Shown here: positions 36,774 to 51,103 of the stretch, piece after piece
Numbering within the stretch: position 1 is the first letter of the stretch
Layout of the letters: each line of letters starts with the position of its first letter
Assembly: GCF_038025025.1 (NCBI RefSeq)
Contig: NW_027117339.1
Coordinates: 992,001-1,056,000, forward strand
DNA length: 64,000 nt
Direction of reading: 5' to 3'
Source of the DNA: Phyllosticta citribraziliensis
Lineage: Eukaryota
The notes under the pieces: model-generated
Seen by the model: the letters and a program-made list of their open reading frames with translations, nothing else
Database searches by the model: none
What the model was told of the DNA's origin: nothing
Translations under genes and position numbers: made by a program

Positions 36774-39311
36774 GGCGATTCCAATGCTCCCAGCTAGGGA
36801 CGGACAATTCCTTCTAGACCTTTATGCGAGGCTAAGGTTGGGAGGCCAGAAAATGGAATCGAAGTAAGTTTGTTTGTCCGTGTTTTGCGTTTTGCCCGAT
36901 GGAGAAACCGATCGGAGAGGATTGGGGCAGTGCTTTTTAAAAGAAAATGCACTTCGGTGCTGCTCTGGGGGAGAAGAAGTAGTAAAAGAGTCCAGAACGA
37001 GGACCGGAGATGCTTATCTCCAAGGTGGTCAGCGTTGTTTCAGCAAAGTTCTTGGGATTCTCCAAGTCGAACTTGGCCCACAAAATATGAGACCCTTGGT
37101 ATCGAAGCTTTGCTCAAGTACGTCGGAATTCCGAGCTTGGCGGACATGATCGCCTTACTATAGTTGGTGCCTCTTGACACGCTCCTAACCTCGAGAATGA
37201 CGCGGCCAGGGCCAAGCATTGAACTAATGCAGTCAACTGTGGGTTAGCTGCAACCCGGCCATCCCGCAAGCTTGTGACTACAGAGCTTCTCTAGAGCCAA
37301 TCCCGGATGACGTCTTGGTATCCGGCTCTTGGAATTTTATGGGATTCCTCTCATCTTTTTGTCGGACTTCCCGGATTTGCTCAAAATTGCTCAAACAAAT
37401 GGGTCTAGATTGCGGGCCAAGCTCATCACTTGGAACCTGTTGCTGACATTGAAGTGGATGGCAGACTTGCGACGGTGAGTGAAGGGCGTAGAAGCACACC
37501 AGATCTGCCAGCCAAATGTTGACAGGACGATGAGCAGCCCAAGGATCTTTGCACCTGCATCTGATAGCTCCTTCTGATGGTCGAACTGGTCAGGCACGGC
37601 GTCGGTCAAGCCAAAGGGGACATTTCTCCGTCTAGACCATGGGAACGCCGTCATTGGACAAGACTGGCACGTACGGACCGACACTCCATGCAACGGCGGC
37701 TGTACGTTCTAGCAAGCCGCGTGTGACGGTAGGCTGCGCCAAGGTGAAGCGCAGGTAGTCCCGTTTAGGAATGTCTGGGCCAAGGTCTACTGCAGTGTTT
37801 AGGCCTCGCAGCCAAGGCCATGAAGTGCTTTGGAAGGTATCAGATTCGATTGCTTGTCCGATGACGCGACAAGCTTAGCACCAGGAGGACACGGAGCTGG
37901 CGTCCCGGACCTGCAGACATTCGGACTTGTCAACACAGTTTCGGTAACAGAGGGCGGGCAGCTTCGGGATCTTGGCTTTTCGAGGTTACTGCCGTGGTAT
38001 CTTTTGACGAACTGTGAAATTCTCGCAAAGGTTGACTGAGACCTAACCACCTGCGTCAGCGGCTTTGATCCGAAGCATCAGTCTCACCTGTCGAACTTGA
38101 CTTGACAGAAGCGAGTAAGGACTACCAGAAGCGCTGATTAGCATTGTGGAGATGGAGTAGCAACGGATGCTTGAGCTTAGGCAGCCTCACAGATTTCGTC
38201 TTGAACGGATGATCCATGGAAGAAGTTCTATAGCACCGGAGCAGTGCCACAGTGCCATGGAATTCCCATCAGCCCTGGTTAGCGCACTGCCACCGTCACG
38301 GAACGGTAAGCACCGGGAGGCGTAGCGGCGAGGAAGCGTTCGACAGGTGCGCAGCCACTCAGAATGTCTTGATTGTTGGCTGGGAGAATGACGTGCCAGT
38401 CCTCCTGCCAACGAGTCAGCCGCACACAAGCCCGACACGTGCTTACTGCGGCTCCACACCTTATTTTGACCGTCTGCTTTACAGTACGTTTGCTGCTCCT
38501 CCAGCGCCACGACTCTGACGCTTGCGCGACGTGGCGACGTGTTAGCTGTTTGGCATCCGCTAAAGACGGCCCGCTACCTTACACCCTTGACGACTGATCT
38601 GCCTATCCGCAGGATCAACGAAGCCGCTTTCGTCACGGCCCTTGGCGTAGATACCAACACTATAAGACGAGGCACTTGTAAACAGTGTGTAGCTCCAACA
38701 AGGAAGCGCCATCTTGCAAAATTCCATGTCGACTCCTGGGCATCGCGGTTCAAGAGCGGTTGCGCGCATGGTGGATGATCGATCGAATTGTTGGAAATTA
38801 GCGCAGCGGCGCATAGGTTAATGAAAAGTCAACATCTATCTTGATCCTCCTCCTTCTGTTCTTCTCCTTGCCCACTGTTCTGCCTGCCTTACGACTTGTA
38901 ATTATTTAGAAAAGGAAAGAGACGAGGACAAAAGAGGAGCAAACGCCGTGAAAGCGGCTCCCGAGCCGGGTATATCGGGCGCTAGAATTGCCCGCAATGG
39001 TATTGGTTGGCTCTGGAAACAAGAATCTTGGCTTGATCAGCCGACGAATGGTGCGAATAAACCGTATGCTGGAAGCTCGACAGTCGCAGGCCGAGTCGCG
39101 CGAAAGTGGCCAGTCCAGCACATCTCTCGTTGGGAGGAGGGGATCGCGTGCGAGGCTGAGTCGAATCTGCATGGATGGTGTTGCAAGGACACATGTGTAG
39201 TCCCGCATCACAGCATGCCCCCCGTTGCTCGTCGTGTGCTCGATGAGCTTGCGCTCCGAATTCTTGGAGCTTGGTCAAACTTCCACCCGCGAAACATCAA
39301 GATTCACCCCT

Positions 39312-40737
39312 TCAGTCGGACTTCCAATGGCTGGTCAATCTCCCATCGTCATCTGCTCTGCCAAGATGTAACTCGATGGCATACAACGCCATGGTTGCTG
39401 CAAGATTGACCCAGCGCCATAAGTTACCACCGGCATCGCCGCCTTGACTGGTCCACCATTCGCCAGCCGCATCCCCGTTGTTGCTGGTCGAGGCGAAATG
39501 TTGCATCAGCAAGCTTGTGTACACGGCAATCAAGATGCTCGGACTGAACCAGCTGAGAAATCCCATTACACGGCCAGCCTCGTCATCATCATCCAAAGAC
39601 GGATCCTGAGTCAGCGCACGAGCACCAGATTCGCGAACTGCTGGGATGATTCGCGCAGCAGCTGACATGACGAACACCCGGTATGCGAGAGAAATGATGA
39701 CAGAAGGAGTGATGGTCATGATCGCAGCGACGATGAAGTTGAAGGCCGAATGAATTGTTGACGGCAAAGTTGAAAGGGCATGCATAAGCGTGGTGTAGGA
39801 GGCCATGATGATCGGAGGCAAAGGTGGTAGCGCGGGCTGTACTGGTAGAGGTGGGACTTGCTCCGGGTGCGAGGGTTGGTAGTCGGTAAAGATTTGGTAA
39901 ACGCAGAGGGTGACATATGCGAACTAGTGCAACATGATATCAGCAAAGACTTGGTGTGAGTGTGGACAGGGAATCTCACGAGCAGAGAGCTTTCCACTGG
40001 ATTGCCGCGGCCGCTTCCGATGCCCCATGAGCACAAGAAGACGGCACAGGTGAGGGAAGCCCCGATGAGAATGGCGTCAACAGTGCCGATTCCGGGAAAG
40101 TTTGTCAGTCGCCAGAGAAAATAGACGGAGCTCGATAGGATGCTGGCGGACAAGGCAAGAAGGCCAATCTGGCAGGTCATCAGTTTTGGGCTAACATGTC
40201 CACAAGTTGTCGGCTTACCATCCACGTATCTCCTCTCTCCCTATTTACCAACCAACGCGTGATTTGGCCCAGAGCTTGAATCACCAACAGACTGCAAAAG
40301 CCTTCGCCCACCTGAAATACGGGGACAGAGTACCGCAACAGCATGTCCCAGCCCCCGATTGTCAAGCTCTCAACAAGACCTTGTCGTCCAAACAGCCAGT
40401 CGCCGACGGAATGGTATTCGGCGCGTTTGGCGTCAAATGTCCCCTCCACCCAGCTTCCACTACCATTCGAGTCCACCGAGAACTTGTTCAGGCTCCATAT
40501 CATGAGGGTGGGTATGACGATCCATTGTGACCAGGAGATGACGGTGACGAGGACGTTCCTGAAGCGGGAGTGGTCCGGAGTAGCCAGTCGGAGAGACGAG
40601 TGGAGGAAGTAGAAGCTAGAGAGGGAGAGCGAGAAGGCAAGGCCGCAGGTTCTGCCGCCGACATCGAAGGTGAGAGGGATGGTGAAGATGATGAGGGCCA
40701 GGAACAGCACGGAGGACACGGCTCGCGTGAACCACAT
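39312..40737 (-). CDS. ICE2: ER membrane protein Ice2, 3 exons
   Basis: IPLTFDVGGRTCGLAFSL, GEGFCSLLVIQALG, GRGNPVESSLL, FSPSILIAVYTSLLMQH, WRWVN; multiple TM helices. Confidence 0.92.
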
Positions 40738-41474
40738 GGGCGCGATTCAGCCGGGCCGCGGAGTCGCTGGCTGGCTGTTTCGATGCGAGAGAAGGACTGC
40801 GCGCCCGGGCGACGCGCCAGACGCGCGGAGAAGAACAGGAGGACGGTGGTCGCGAGGGTTGGCGGTGAGGGCAGAGGGAGCTGGGTGGTTTTTTTTGGCG
40901 GAGGATGAATCGTGGCTCCCGCGTCCAGATTGAGCCGATATCGACGTCCGTCTTCACGTGCCGGCAACGCAGCGAGGTGAGCAACGGCGAGGAACTCGAA
41001 GGTGGTGGGGAAGTCGGTCGAAGAGTCGAGAGATGGCTCAGAACAAGCGGAACAGGACTGAAGGCGAGGACCAAGGGCTGTCGCGTGCTTTTTCAACGGC
41101 AGGGCCACAGCACAGCCAGGGTCGTGGCCAGGTTGATGATCCGCCGATGATGGAGTTTCCACCTCAGTCAGCTCGATGGCGTGCGTGCCTCGCAACGGGC
41201 CAGGGAGCAGTCGGGTAGAATCAAGTAGATTCACGTCATCAGTAGCCGCCAGCCTCGTGCAGGTGGACTCGACCTGACTGTCGTGACATGCAGCGCCTAT
41301 AATGAATGAACAAAAGTTGCGGCGTTTCACCAGTGGCACCGCGCTCTAGGTCGCCGGCCCGACCAGACCTCTCTGTCTGTCCCGCCCCGTCGCCGTCGGA
41401 CTCGGTGCGTCCAAGCTTCAGCTCGCTTCTCGTCCTCCAGTCGCGTTTTTGCCGTTGTCACCATTGAATCTTGA

Positions 41475-42685
41475 ATGCGCATCCAACTGCCCAATCCTGC
41501 TCGATTCGTGCGCCTCAAAGCTCCGTCCCCATTTTCGCCCTTCGCCTTTTCGCCAGCTCATCTCCGCATGACTTCTTCATCTCCTCAACCCAAACGCCTC
41601 AAGATGACCGGCCCGCTTATTGGCACCCACAAGTTTGTGCCACCCGCAATGCTGCTGCGCCCTCGACTAACCTGATTTTTCCCTTCAGCGGCCACTTCCA
41701 CGCCGACGAAGCCCTGGCAGTTTTCCTGCTCCGCACGCTGCCTACCTACGCCGACAGCGCCCTTGTCCGCACTCGCGACCCCGCTGTCTTGGACACCTGC
41801 CACACTGTTGTCGACGTCGGCGGCGTCTACGACGACGGTAAGAGGCGTTATGACCACCACCAGCGCGAGTTTTTGGAGTTCTTCCCCGACCACTCCACCA
41901 AGCTTTCCTCTGCAGGTCTGGTCTACAAACACTTTGGCAAGGATATCATTGCACACCAAACTGGCCTCGACATTGGCAGCGAGCAGGTTGCCATTCTGTA
42001 CACGAAACTCTACGATGACATAGTCGAGGCCTTTGACGCCAACGACAATGGCATCTCGCAATATGACACCAAGGCCCTGGCTGGCGCCGGCATCGAGAAA
42101 CGGTTTGAGAACCGCGGCTTTAGCATTGCATCGGTCGTGAATCGCTACAACTACAACTTTGTCAAGGACGAGGGCAAGAGCAAGGAGCAGCTGCAGAAGG
42201 AGGAAGACGAGCGCTTCCTCAAGGCAAGCCAATTCACAGGCGAGCAGTTTTTGCTCGAGCTTCAGGACAAGCACCTCAACTGGCTGCCGGCGCGGACGTC
42301 GGTCAAGGCCGCTTTCGAGGCGCGCAACCAGTACGACCCCCAAGGCCGCATCATGGTGTTGAAGCAAGGCATGCCGTGGATGGACCACTTGTACACGCTT
42401 GAGAAGGAGGCCAACACTCCGACCGAGTCTCAGGTGCTCTATGTCCTGTTCCCAGAGAACGACGAGCCGGACAGCAAGTGGAGGATTCGTGCTGTTTCGG
42501 TCGAGGGCGGTGGCTTCGACAACAGAAAGGACCTGCCCGACGCATGGAAGGGTGTCAGGGATGAGGCACTGGACAAGGTCTCGGGCATTGCAGGCGGAGT
42601 CTTTATTCACGCGAGCGGCTTCATCGGAGGCAACAAGACGTTCGACGGGGCGCTCAAGATGGCCCAGAAGGCGCTGACGCTGTGA
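41475..42685 (+). CDS. MYG1: MYG1 (UPF0160) exonuclease / metal-dependent hydrolase, 2 exons
   Basis: IGTHNGHFHADE across intron ~41633-41688, RTRDP, VVDVGGVYD, YDHHQ, KLSSAGLVYKHFG, DANDNGI, FIHASGFIGG. In-frame ATGs at 41475, 41568 and 41604. Confidence 0.96.
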
Positions 42686-43236
42686 TGGGGCATGCCATCG
42701 GCCGTAGTCATGAAGGCCTGGCGTGATGGAAAGGTATGTAGAAAAAGCAATGATTCTCTCAGTATGCTGGAACAAGAACCTGGATGCAGCTTTGCCGATT
42801 GACAGGCTTTTGGGCACCGGCACTGGAGGCCTGGTGAAACTGGGTGCCTGTCGAGAATCGCGAGATTCCAATTATCTTAATAACTTGGCGGAGGCGATCC
42901 CGTTGCTTTTTGCCGTTTACGAGGAACAACCAACCAAGAACCGTTCCGTTGCGGGATCGATGCGGCTAGAAGCGAGGGCGGTGAGCGGCGGCTGGGGTGC
43001 GGCAGGGGTCCGTCAGAGTTACGTCATTCGCGATCCGACTGGATAGGTAGACGGAGTGCACTTTCCCTTGATGACTTCACAAACGCATCCGGATCTTGCT
43101 CACCCTGATCGACTTTTCAATTTGCCCCATCTCCCCTCTTGAAAAGGCCGTCATTTGAGCTTTCTTGTTCTAACAACTTTCCTCTGAAACCTCCTCACCA
43201 GAACAACTCCGACACGACTTGCTATTCTCAAGAATC

Positions 43237-44447
43237 ATGGCATCAACTCATTCTCTCAGTGCTGAGAAGCTCTTCTCAGTCCAGGACTGGGTGTGCTTGG
43301 TCACAGGAGGAGGCACTGGCATTGGCTTGATGGCAGCTCAAGTTTTGGCAGCAAACGGCGCCAAGGTCTACATCACTGGCAGAAGACAAGAGGCGCTCGA
43401 GCGGGCCGCTGCACAGCATCATCCTGGTCATCTGGGCGGCGAAATCATTCCCTGTGGTCCCTGCGACGTGACCAAAAAGGACGACTTGGACAAGCTCTAC
43501 CAAGAAATCTCGGCCAAGGAGAAGCACGTCAACTTGCTTGGTAAGTCATGACTTGGGTGCCTGCAGCAATACAGCTCTAATCCGAACAAATCAGTCTGCG
43601 CCGCTGGTATTGCCGGTGAAAAGGCCGAGCCCGACCAAGAACATGCTGGATCGCTTAAGGAGAAGCTGTGGAACAACGAGTCCTTTGAAGGTTGGAACGA
43701 AGTCTACAACGCCGACGTCACTGCCGTCTACTTTACCACCGTCGCCTTTCTTCCTCTGCTCCAAGCTGGCACCGACACCCAGGGCCACCTCTCGGCGTCG
43801 GTCATTGTAATATCGTCAATGAGTGGCATCATGCGACATGCCCAGGGACACTTTTCATACAACGCAGCCAAGGGAGGAACTGTTCATTTGACCAAACTGA
43901 TGAGCGCCGAGTTCCAGAAGCTCAGAATCAGGGTGAACAGCATTGCGCCAGGGTAAGAAAGAATGGCCCCCTGAGGCCGCCGGTCAAGGTTGCCGGTCAA
44001 TGTCGACGTGGCTAATGGCAAAACTCAGATATTTCCCTTCGGAGATGACGACGAAGTCGAGTGGGTCTGATCAAAAGAGTCACCTGCCGGCGGAGAAGGT
44101 GCAAGAGAAGGGCCACGTCCCAGCTGAGAGACCAGGCAGCGACGAGGAGATGGCACAGGCAGTGGTAAGTGGTATCCAATCGATGGGAATTTCCTGCAAC
44201 GACGAGCGTGGTGATGGGGACGCCCCGCCGGGTTGCTTGGCCGAAAATGTCAAGCCACCGCGCTCGCTTGGGGCTATCAAAAGCACTGCCTTGGTTGTGG
44301 CGGCAAAGAGCCCCGCAAAGCGACACACGACGATAGAACAGGAGGCTAACAGTGTTGTCGCAGTTGTTCTTGACCAAGAACGCCTACGTAAACGGCGAGA
44401 TCCTGGCCGTCGACGGTGGAGTGCTGAATGTCGTGTCGGGCAGGTAG
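43237..44447 (+). CDS. Short-chain dehydrogenase/reductase, 4 exons
   Basis: LVTGGGTGIG, SYNAAKG (YxxxK), IRVNSIAPGYFPSEMT, YVNGEILAVDGG. Introns 43541-43594, 43953-44028, 44165-44363. Confidence 0.95.
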
Positions 44448-45670
44448 CTGGGTGACGCAAGACGAAGAAGACGAGACAATGCACATAGTTTGACGGAACA
44501 ATGATGAAAACTTACGACGGAAACAGATGATGGCAGAGCAGCCAACGCCGTGGCTGAGACTGCTGTCTCGCGACGCGCCCGGCATGTGATTACGTATGTG
44601 CAGCGAGACGTGACCGGCGGAGGCGGAGGGTGGGCAGGCTCGAAGCGGAAGGTAGATAGATTGGGAATGTGGAGTAGCCGTGTGCCTGGGACGCGGAATG
44701 CGTGTGGTCGCCATGGGTTCTGCAGAATGGTTCCTCGGGACGAGCCAGAGGCAATCAATCGTCGCCATGGCGCAGTTCGCCTTGGGGGAAAGCCTCGAGC
44801 TCTGTTTCAGGTGCCGTGCCTTGACATGGACGCTTCGCACCAGCCTTGGCTTCCGTTGCGGATGCAGCACACAATCTTCGAACACGAGGCTGCTGCTGGC
44901 AATAGGTAATGCAGGGTGTAGCTGTGGGTGCTGCGGGAGAGCTGCGCAGCTGGGGCCTGAGGTGGCTCCGGCCAGGACCAGCGGAGTGCCAGGCCCCGGT
45001 GGAGGGCCCCCCCTCCCTCCCGGTCGTCCCTTGCGCCGCACGGGCGGGCCGTGGGTCCTCGGGCTGCCTCTAGGTGGTCGAGTGGGTGTTGTCGTCCACA
45101 GCACTCACTGACCTGACTGTTGTCTTATTCTGCCTCTTCGCTCTTCGGTTCTGCCGCCATGACGGCCCCGCTTGCCTCTGGCCATCTTACTTCCACTTCT
45201 TCCTCTTCGCCCTCCTCCTGGAAATTTTAAATCACGCTTCGGCGCACTGCCATTGCGCGTTCCATGACCGGCGCGCCTCTAGCGTGTCAGCAACGACTAG
45301 ACGCCAATTCCCTACCACGCCCTCAGCCTTACGACAGCCTGACCTGACCGCGCCGTGATTGTCCCTTTCGCGACATCCAGGTCCCTCCTCCGCCCCCCCC
45401 CGGCCAGCTATTCCAGAGCTTCTGGCCCCAACCGCCGCCGTCCCTCACGCTTTCCTTCCGGATGGGTGACATGCGCTCCACCTCCAGAGTCTCCCGTCCC
45501 TCTTCGCCGCCGCCGACTAACGCGACTCTCACCTCCTTTCCTGTCCACCTATCGCTCCGCATTTCCACCCTCCTGCCCGCCGTGTCCCTGACGCGGGCCG
45601 TATGAGCTGCCTGCTCCAGCAAGCCGATCCCACGAGCTTAAACCGCGGGAAGGCCCGAATTCGCCCAGTC

Positions 45671-48600
45671 ATGGTGGTAAACCCTCCAAACCACCACGGC
45701 AATGAAAAGCGCGCTGCTGCCGCTGCTCGGAGGCCTCAGAGCCGTGGCGCAGCTGGGGGGACAACTCCGCAACAGAGGGACGCTCAGCCGAAGGGGGGCG
45801 CCTCCTCCTCCTCCTCCGCCGCCGCCGCACACGCTCACCAGCCGCGACCGCACCGGGCCGCAGCACACGAAAAAGAAAGACAAAAGCCACCGAGTAAGGA
45901 TGGGCGCGCGCAAAAGGCGGCCAGCGAGGTGGCGGGCTTGAAAGACTATGTTTGTCGCCCCATTCCAAGTGCTCAAAAATTGTCCCGAGTACATTTGCGC
46001 TCGACATCAACTGACTAGCCGTGTTCGTGCAACTTGTGCTAATGATTGCTGTATTTGTAGCAACTGGGCGACTGCCTGGGCAAAGGCGCTTTTGGATCCG
46101 TTTACCGAGCCCTCAATTGGAACAATGGCGAGACCGTGGCCATCAAGCAGGTCAAGCTGACCGACGTGCCCAAGAACGAGCTGTCAGTCATCATGACCGA
46201 AATCGATCTCTTGAAAAAGCTCAACCACCCCAATATTGTCAAGTATCACGGCTTCGTCAAGGACAACCAGTCACTCTACATCATCCTCGAGTATTGCGAG
46301 AATGGATCGCTGCATTCCATTTGTAAAGATTTTGGAAAGTTCCCCGAGAACCTGGTCGCCATCTACATGAGTCAAGTGCTTTCAGGGCTGTTGTATCTGC
46401 ACGAGCAGGGTGTCATCCACAGGGATATCAAAGGCGCGAACATTTTGACAACCAAGGAGGGACTGGTCAAGCTGGCTGACTTTGGTGTGGCGACCAAGAC
46501 TGCGGACCTCAGCGAGTCCAGCGTTGTTGGAACTCCCTACTGGATGGCCCCCGAGGTCATTGAGTTGTGTGGTCCAACTACGGCGTCCGATATTTGGAGC
46601 CTGGGATGTACTGTCATTGAGCTGCTTGAGGGCAAGCCTCCATACCACCAGCTCCAACCTATGCCAGCTCTGTTTAGGATCGTCAATGATGACCATCCAC
46701 CATTACCAGAGGCTGCCTCACCGGTGAGTAGTTTATCCTGCGTAGCAATAACGGGCGGGGCTAATGTGTGCAGGCCGTGCGAGACTTTTTGATGCAGTGC
46801 TTCCAAAAGGATCCAAATCTAAGAGTCTCGGCGCGTAAACTGCTCAAACACCCATGGATTGTAAACGCAAGGCGGGTTGACTCTGTCGTCGAAACGCGGC
46901 CGACCAAATACGATGAAGCAGTCAAGAGTGTGCAGGAGTGGAACGAAGCTCTCAGGTCCCCAACTCACGACACACTACGTCGGGTAGCATCCAAGCCGCT
47001 CTCGTCAAGCCCCGTGCCCCCACGGAAAGAGCCTCCTCCAAAGATTACAGCCCCTGCACCACCTCAACCGGGAGGACTTCGCGTCGAAAAGACCAGGACC
47101 GTTACAGACCTTTACGCATCACCCGAGGACGACCAAAGTGATGACTGGGACAAGGACTTTCCAGCGCCCATCAGCCCCAGCGCCCTCAGAGCACCTCACA
47201 TGCGTCCACACGACAATTTTGCCGGACAGCTTAGCTTTGATAAGTTGAAGGCAATGGCTTCTACAAACTGCGACACTGTGACTGAAGAACCGAGCTCAGA
47301 GGATCTCTTCGAGCAGGCTATGGCAAGAGGCTCGATTTTCGACCAATCCGATCCTTTGGAGACGATCCGGCCTTCGTCGGCGTCGAAGCAAAAGCAGGAT
47401 CGAGAAAGGACCGATCGACCTTCCCGGCAGCGAATGGGAACAGAGCCAAAGACTCAGTTTTACCGCCCATTTTCCAAAGGTTCTACTGGCATGGATGCCA
47501 ATCACGGTTTAGGCGGCCCAGCGAAGTCTCCCATGGCCTATAGGGAGAATTCTATCGAGGACTACTCGGATCTCATGCCCTCAGATGACGCGGCGTTCCA
47601 GAGGAAACTGCAAAGTCTGAAAGACCGGAATCACAACGAGTACACCCCTCGTTTGTTCCAGATGTCAGACTTGACAAATCCACCTCTCGCTGCGCAGGGC
47701 GCGAAGAAGGCCGACAGTCTTCGACACAAACCTGGAAACAAGCCGAATCAAGGAGATCCGTCCAAGAGACCAACCTCTCGAGTCGAAATCGAAAAGTATG
47801 CCGAGCACGAGGAGGAAGATTTTGACGACGTCTTTGGCAATGATGGAGTTACTCCCGCTTCTCTGAGGACAAAGCAAGAGAGCGACAGCGGAAGCGAGAG
47901 AGGAACCCTGGGTCGGATCAATTCGAAGCTGAGCGGAAGCTGGTTAGGCGATGACGAAGACGAAGACGACCCGTTCGCGCAACTCGAAGAAGACTTTGAC
48001 GAGATGGACCAAGAAAAGAATGTCGCACGCGATCGCCATGCACGCCTCATCAGCATAGTATCGGATATGGTCAGCTCGTTGAAGTCGCAGCCGGAAGATG
48101 TCCCATTCATCTCAGATCACATGGTACGTGAAGACAGAATGAATGGATTTGATGTGCGCTAAACTAATTCAACAGCTACAAATTCTTCTCGAGTCTCCAG
48201 AAATGAAGAACACCATCATCAGCTCCCATGGCATGCTTCCGATGCTGGAAATACTCGAGTCAACACCGAGCCGCGACGTCATCCTGAATCTGCTCAAAAT
48301 TGTCAACATTATCATCCTAGACAACGTCGAGATTCAAGAAAATCTCTGCTTTATCGGAGGAATACCCATTATTACGAGATTTGCGCACCGCAAATTCAGC
48401 AGCGAGATACGACAGGAGGCTGCCGCTTTTGTCCGGCAGATGTACCAGACGAGCACCCTGACATTGCAGATGTTTGTCGGCTGCGGAGGACTCAAAGTGT
48501 TGGCAGAATTCCTCGAAGAAGACCTTGAAGACGAGAGAGATTTTGTTCTCATTGGCGTTAATGGAATTTGGAGCGTCTTCAACAATTTGCAGGGCCCGAC

Positions 48601-51103
48601 GCCGAAGAACGACTTTTGCCGGATATTCTCGCGGAGCAGCGGATACAGCGTCTTGTATCCACTCAGCTTGGTCTTGAGCAAGGTCTTGGAAGAAAGAGGC
48701 GAGGTGGCCGAGTTGATCCAGGAACGAATTGTTGGCATCTTCATGCTCTTCAGCCAAGCTGAAAACCACGTCAAAGAGATTGTGGCACATCGAATGGTCC
48801 TCAAGCGGGTGCTCAAGGACCTCCAACGCATGAAAGCCTACAACCAAATCACCATGCTGAAATTCATCAAGAACCTCTCCATGCTCGCGTCGACCCACGA
48901 TTCTCTTCAAAATTCAAACGCCATCGAGGTTCTGACGGATCTACTAAGCCTCAGCATGGATCGCGACCACTTCCGGGAAGTCTCCAACCAGATCCTCAAC
49001 ATTCTCTACAATCTTTGCCGGATGAGCAAGTCGAGACAAGAGGACGCGGCCTTGAATGGCGTCATTCCGCTACTACAAAAGATTGTGAGAACGGACCTGC
49101 CCCTGAAGGAGTTTGCGCTCCCCATTCTCTGCGACATGGCACACTCTGGAAAGCTCGGCAGAAGTCACTTGTGGCAGCACAAGGGCCTTCAATTCTATAT
49201 CAGTCTCTTGTCGGATAAGTATTGGCAGACCACTGCGCTTGACGCAATTTCCATCTGGCTTCAAGAAGAGACAGCTCGGGTTGAGGAGGCTTTGATTGAC
49301 AATCACTTCCCACGAGCGATGATCTCTTGCTTCAACAACCAAGAAGCTTCTCTCGATGCTTTTGAGAGCCTTCTCGAGCCGCTGCAACGAATGCTCCGGG
49401 TGTCTCCCCCTGTGGCTGAGAAGCTCGCACACCCGGAACTCTTTTCTCGCACTGCACAAAAGTTGTACACTAAGAAGCCCGTCGTCCGCCTGAATCTTCT
49501 CCGCATAATCCGCAGCATCTGCGACTCGACAGAAGAGACTGGTGGCGTTGCTCCGCTCATGAAGCAATGTGGACTATACGACTCGGTCAAGCACCTAGCT
49601 GGATCAGACCCAGCTATCCTGGTCCGCGAAATGGCCAATGACCTGCTGAAGGCTTGCGAGAATCCCACTATGCTCTCTCCCAGCACGAGAAGAAGCGCCG
49701 AATACAACCGTTCGCGCCCTTCGAGCGTGAGGCGACAAAGCGTCACTTTCAACACGCATGGGTTGCCAAACCCGATGCACGGCGGGATGGTCCTGCCTTC
49801 TCCAACCCCTCCCATCGGCTCAGAACTCCGCCGCCAAGGAAGCTTTTGGGATGGGACTGAGAGCCCTAGGAATGTCATGCTCCTGGGACCCAGCCATAGC
49901 TTCGACAGCGGCTTGATATCTTCAGGACTGTTGCCGTCAAGGCCAAGCTCAGCAAGGTCGAACTCATCGCGTCCTCTGTCGCGACAAGGAAGCGGGGACA
50001 GTGTCGGTGTTTTTGCTGTTCCTCACCGTCCAAGGACTCGTGATGGCAGCGGAGACAGTTCCTCTTCTAGCTACATGAGGCCGCGGACTAGGGATGGCAG
50101 CGGATCATCCGACTACCGACTCAATTCTCACGCGCGAGATGGGAGCGATTTCCACAAACGCCCGCACACCCGCGACGGCAGCACCAGCAGCGTCTCGACT
50201 GCCGTGTCTTCATGCAGCCAATCTCGCGACTACCTAAACATTTACTCAAAAGCATCCGCCTTTGTCCAGGAACCAAGCTCCCTCTGGTACGAAGAGTCGG
50301 GATCAATGGGGAGTAGCACTCCAACTGCAATTCCAGAGTCGCCAGACGAGTCTCACCAACGACCATCTTCCTCAAAAGCTTCGCGCCTGCCCGTCAACGT
50401 CCGGCCACCATCGTCTCGCCGCGCAAATGTCTCGCAACATCCCAATGGCATTGTCTCCAGTGGCACCGACTCGATTGGAAGCGAGCGCAATTCTGCCCTC
50501 TTCGCCGTCGGCACGCCACCAAGGGATTCTACACATCTTGCCAACTTGTCAAGTCCTGTGGCCGTCGCTGCTACACCTAGCTCGGGTACTTCACGTGCTC
50601 CGCAACAGCCTTCGACGCCGCAACACCCGCACAATCCATCGTCGTCCCTGCAGGGTGGCCCATCGACGCCGCATACAGGCCAGCGCCTCGCGGTGCGTCG
50701 GCGCCGCCAAACGAGCTCTGGCTTTACGCGCCGCGGTAGTAAGCAGGAGGACTTGGCGCGCGAGATTGGACATGCAAATGTCTACGCTCGGCGAGGTAGC
50801 AAGCAAGCGGAGATGACTGGTGCAGATGGTGGCACTGGGGGAGGAATACTAGGACGGCGAGGCAGCAGGCAAGCAGAGCAGCTGACTGGCGGAAGCGGTG
50901 CTGATGGCAGCTGGGGTACGGGAAGCGGTGCTGGTGGAGTTCTGGCAAGACGGGGCAGCAGACAGGCGGAGCAACTTGGTGGGTCAGGAGTGACGACGAG
51001 TTGGAAGGATCGAGGTACTGGTAAGGACAGGGAACGAGAGCGCGAGAGGGAAAAAGATAGGAGCACCGTCACCGCGGACGACAAGGGGGGCGGTGGGGGT
51101 TAG
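45671..51103 (+). CDS. sepH: Septation initiation / mitotic exit kinase SepH (Cdc15 / S. pombe Cdc7), about 1739 aa, 4 exons
   Basis: [50 protein letters not shown]-repeat region ([36 protein letters not shown]). Exons 45671-45949, 46061-46723, 46774-48123, 48176-51103. Alternative in-frame ATG at 45602. Confidence 0.95.

Noticed and set aside
36800..39300. Short ORFs and one intron-like segment (37475-37525) between the MFS gene and ICE2
   Set aside because: No recognisable protein or transposon motifs, and the branch point is too close to the AG.
41585..42871. 428-aa ORF antisense to MYG1
   Set aside because: Codon-bias shadow with no domain signal.
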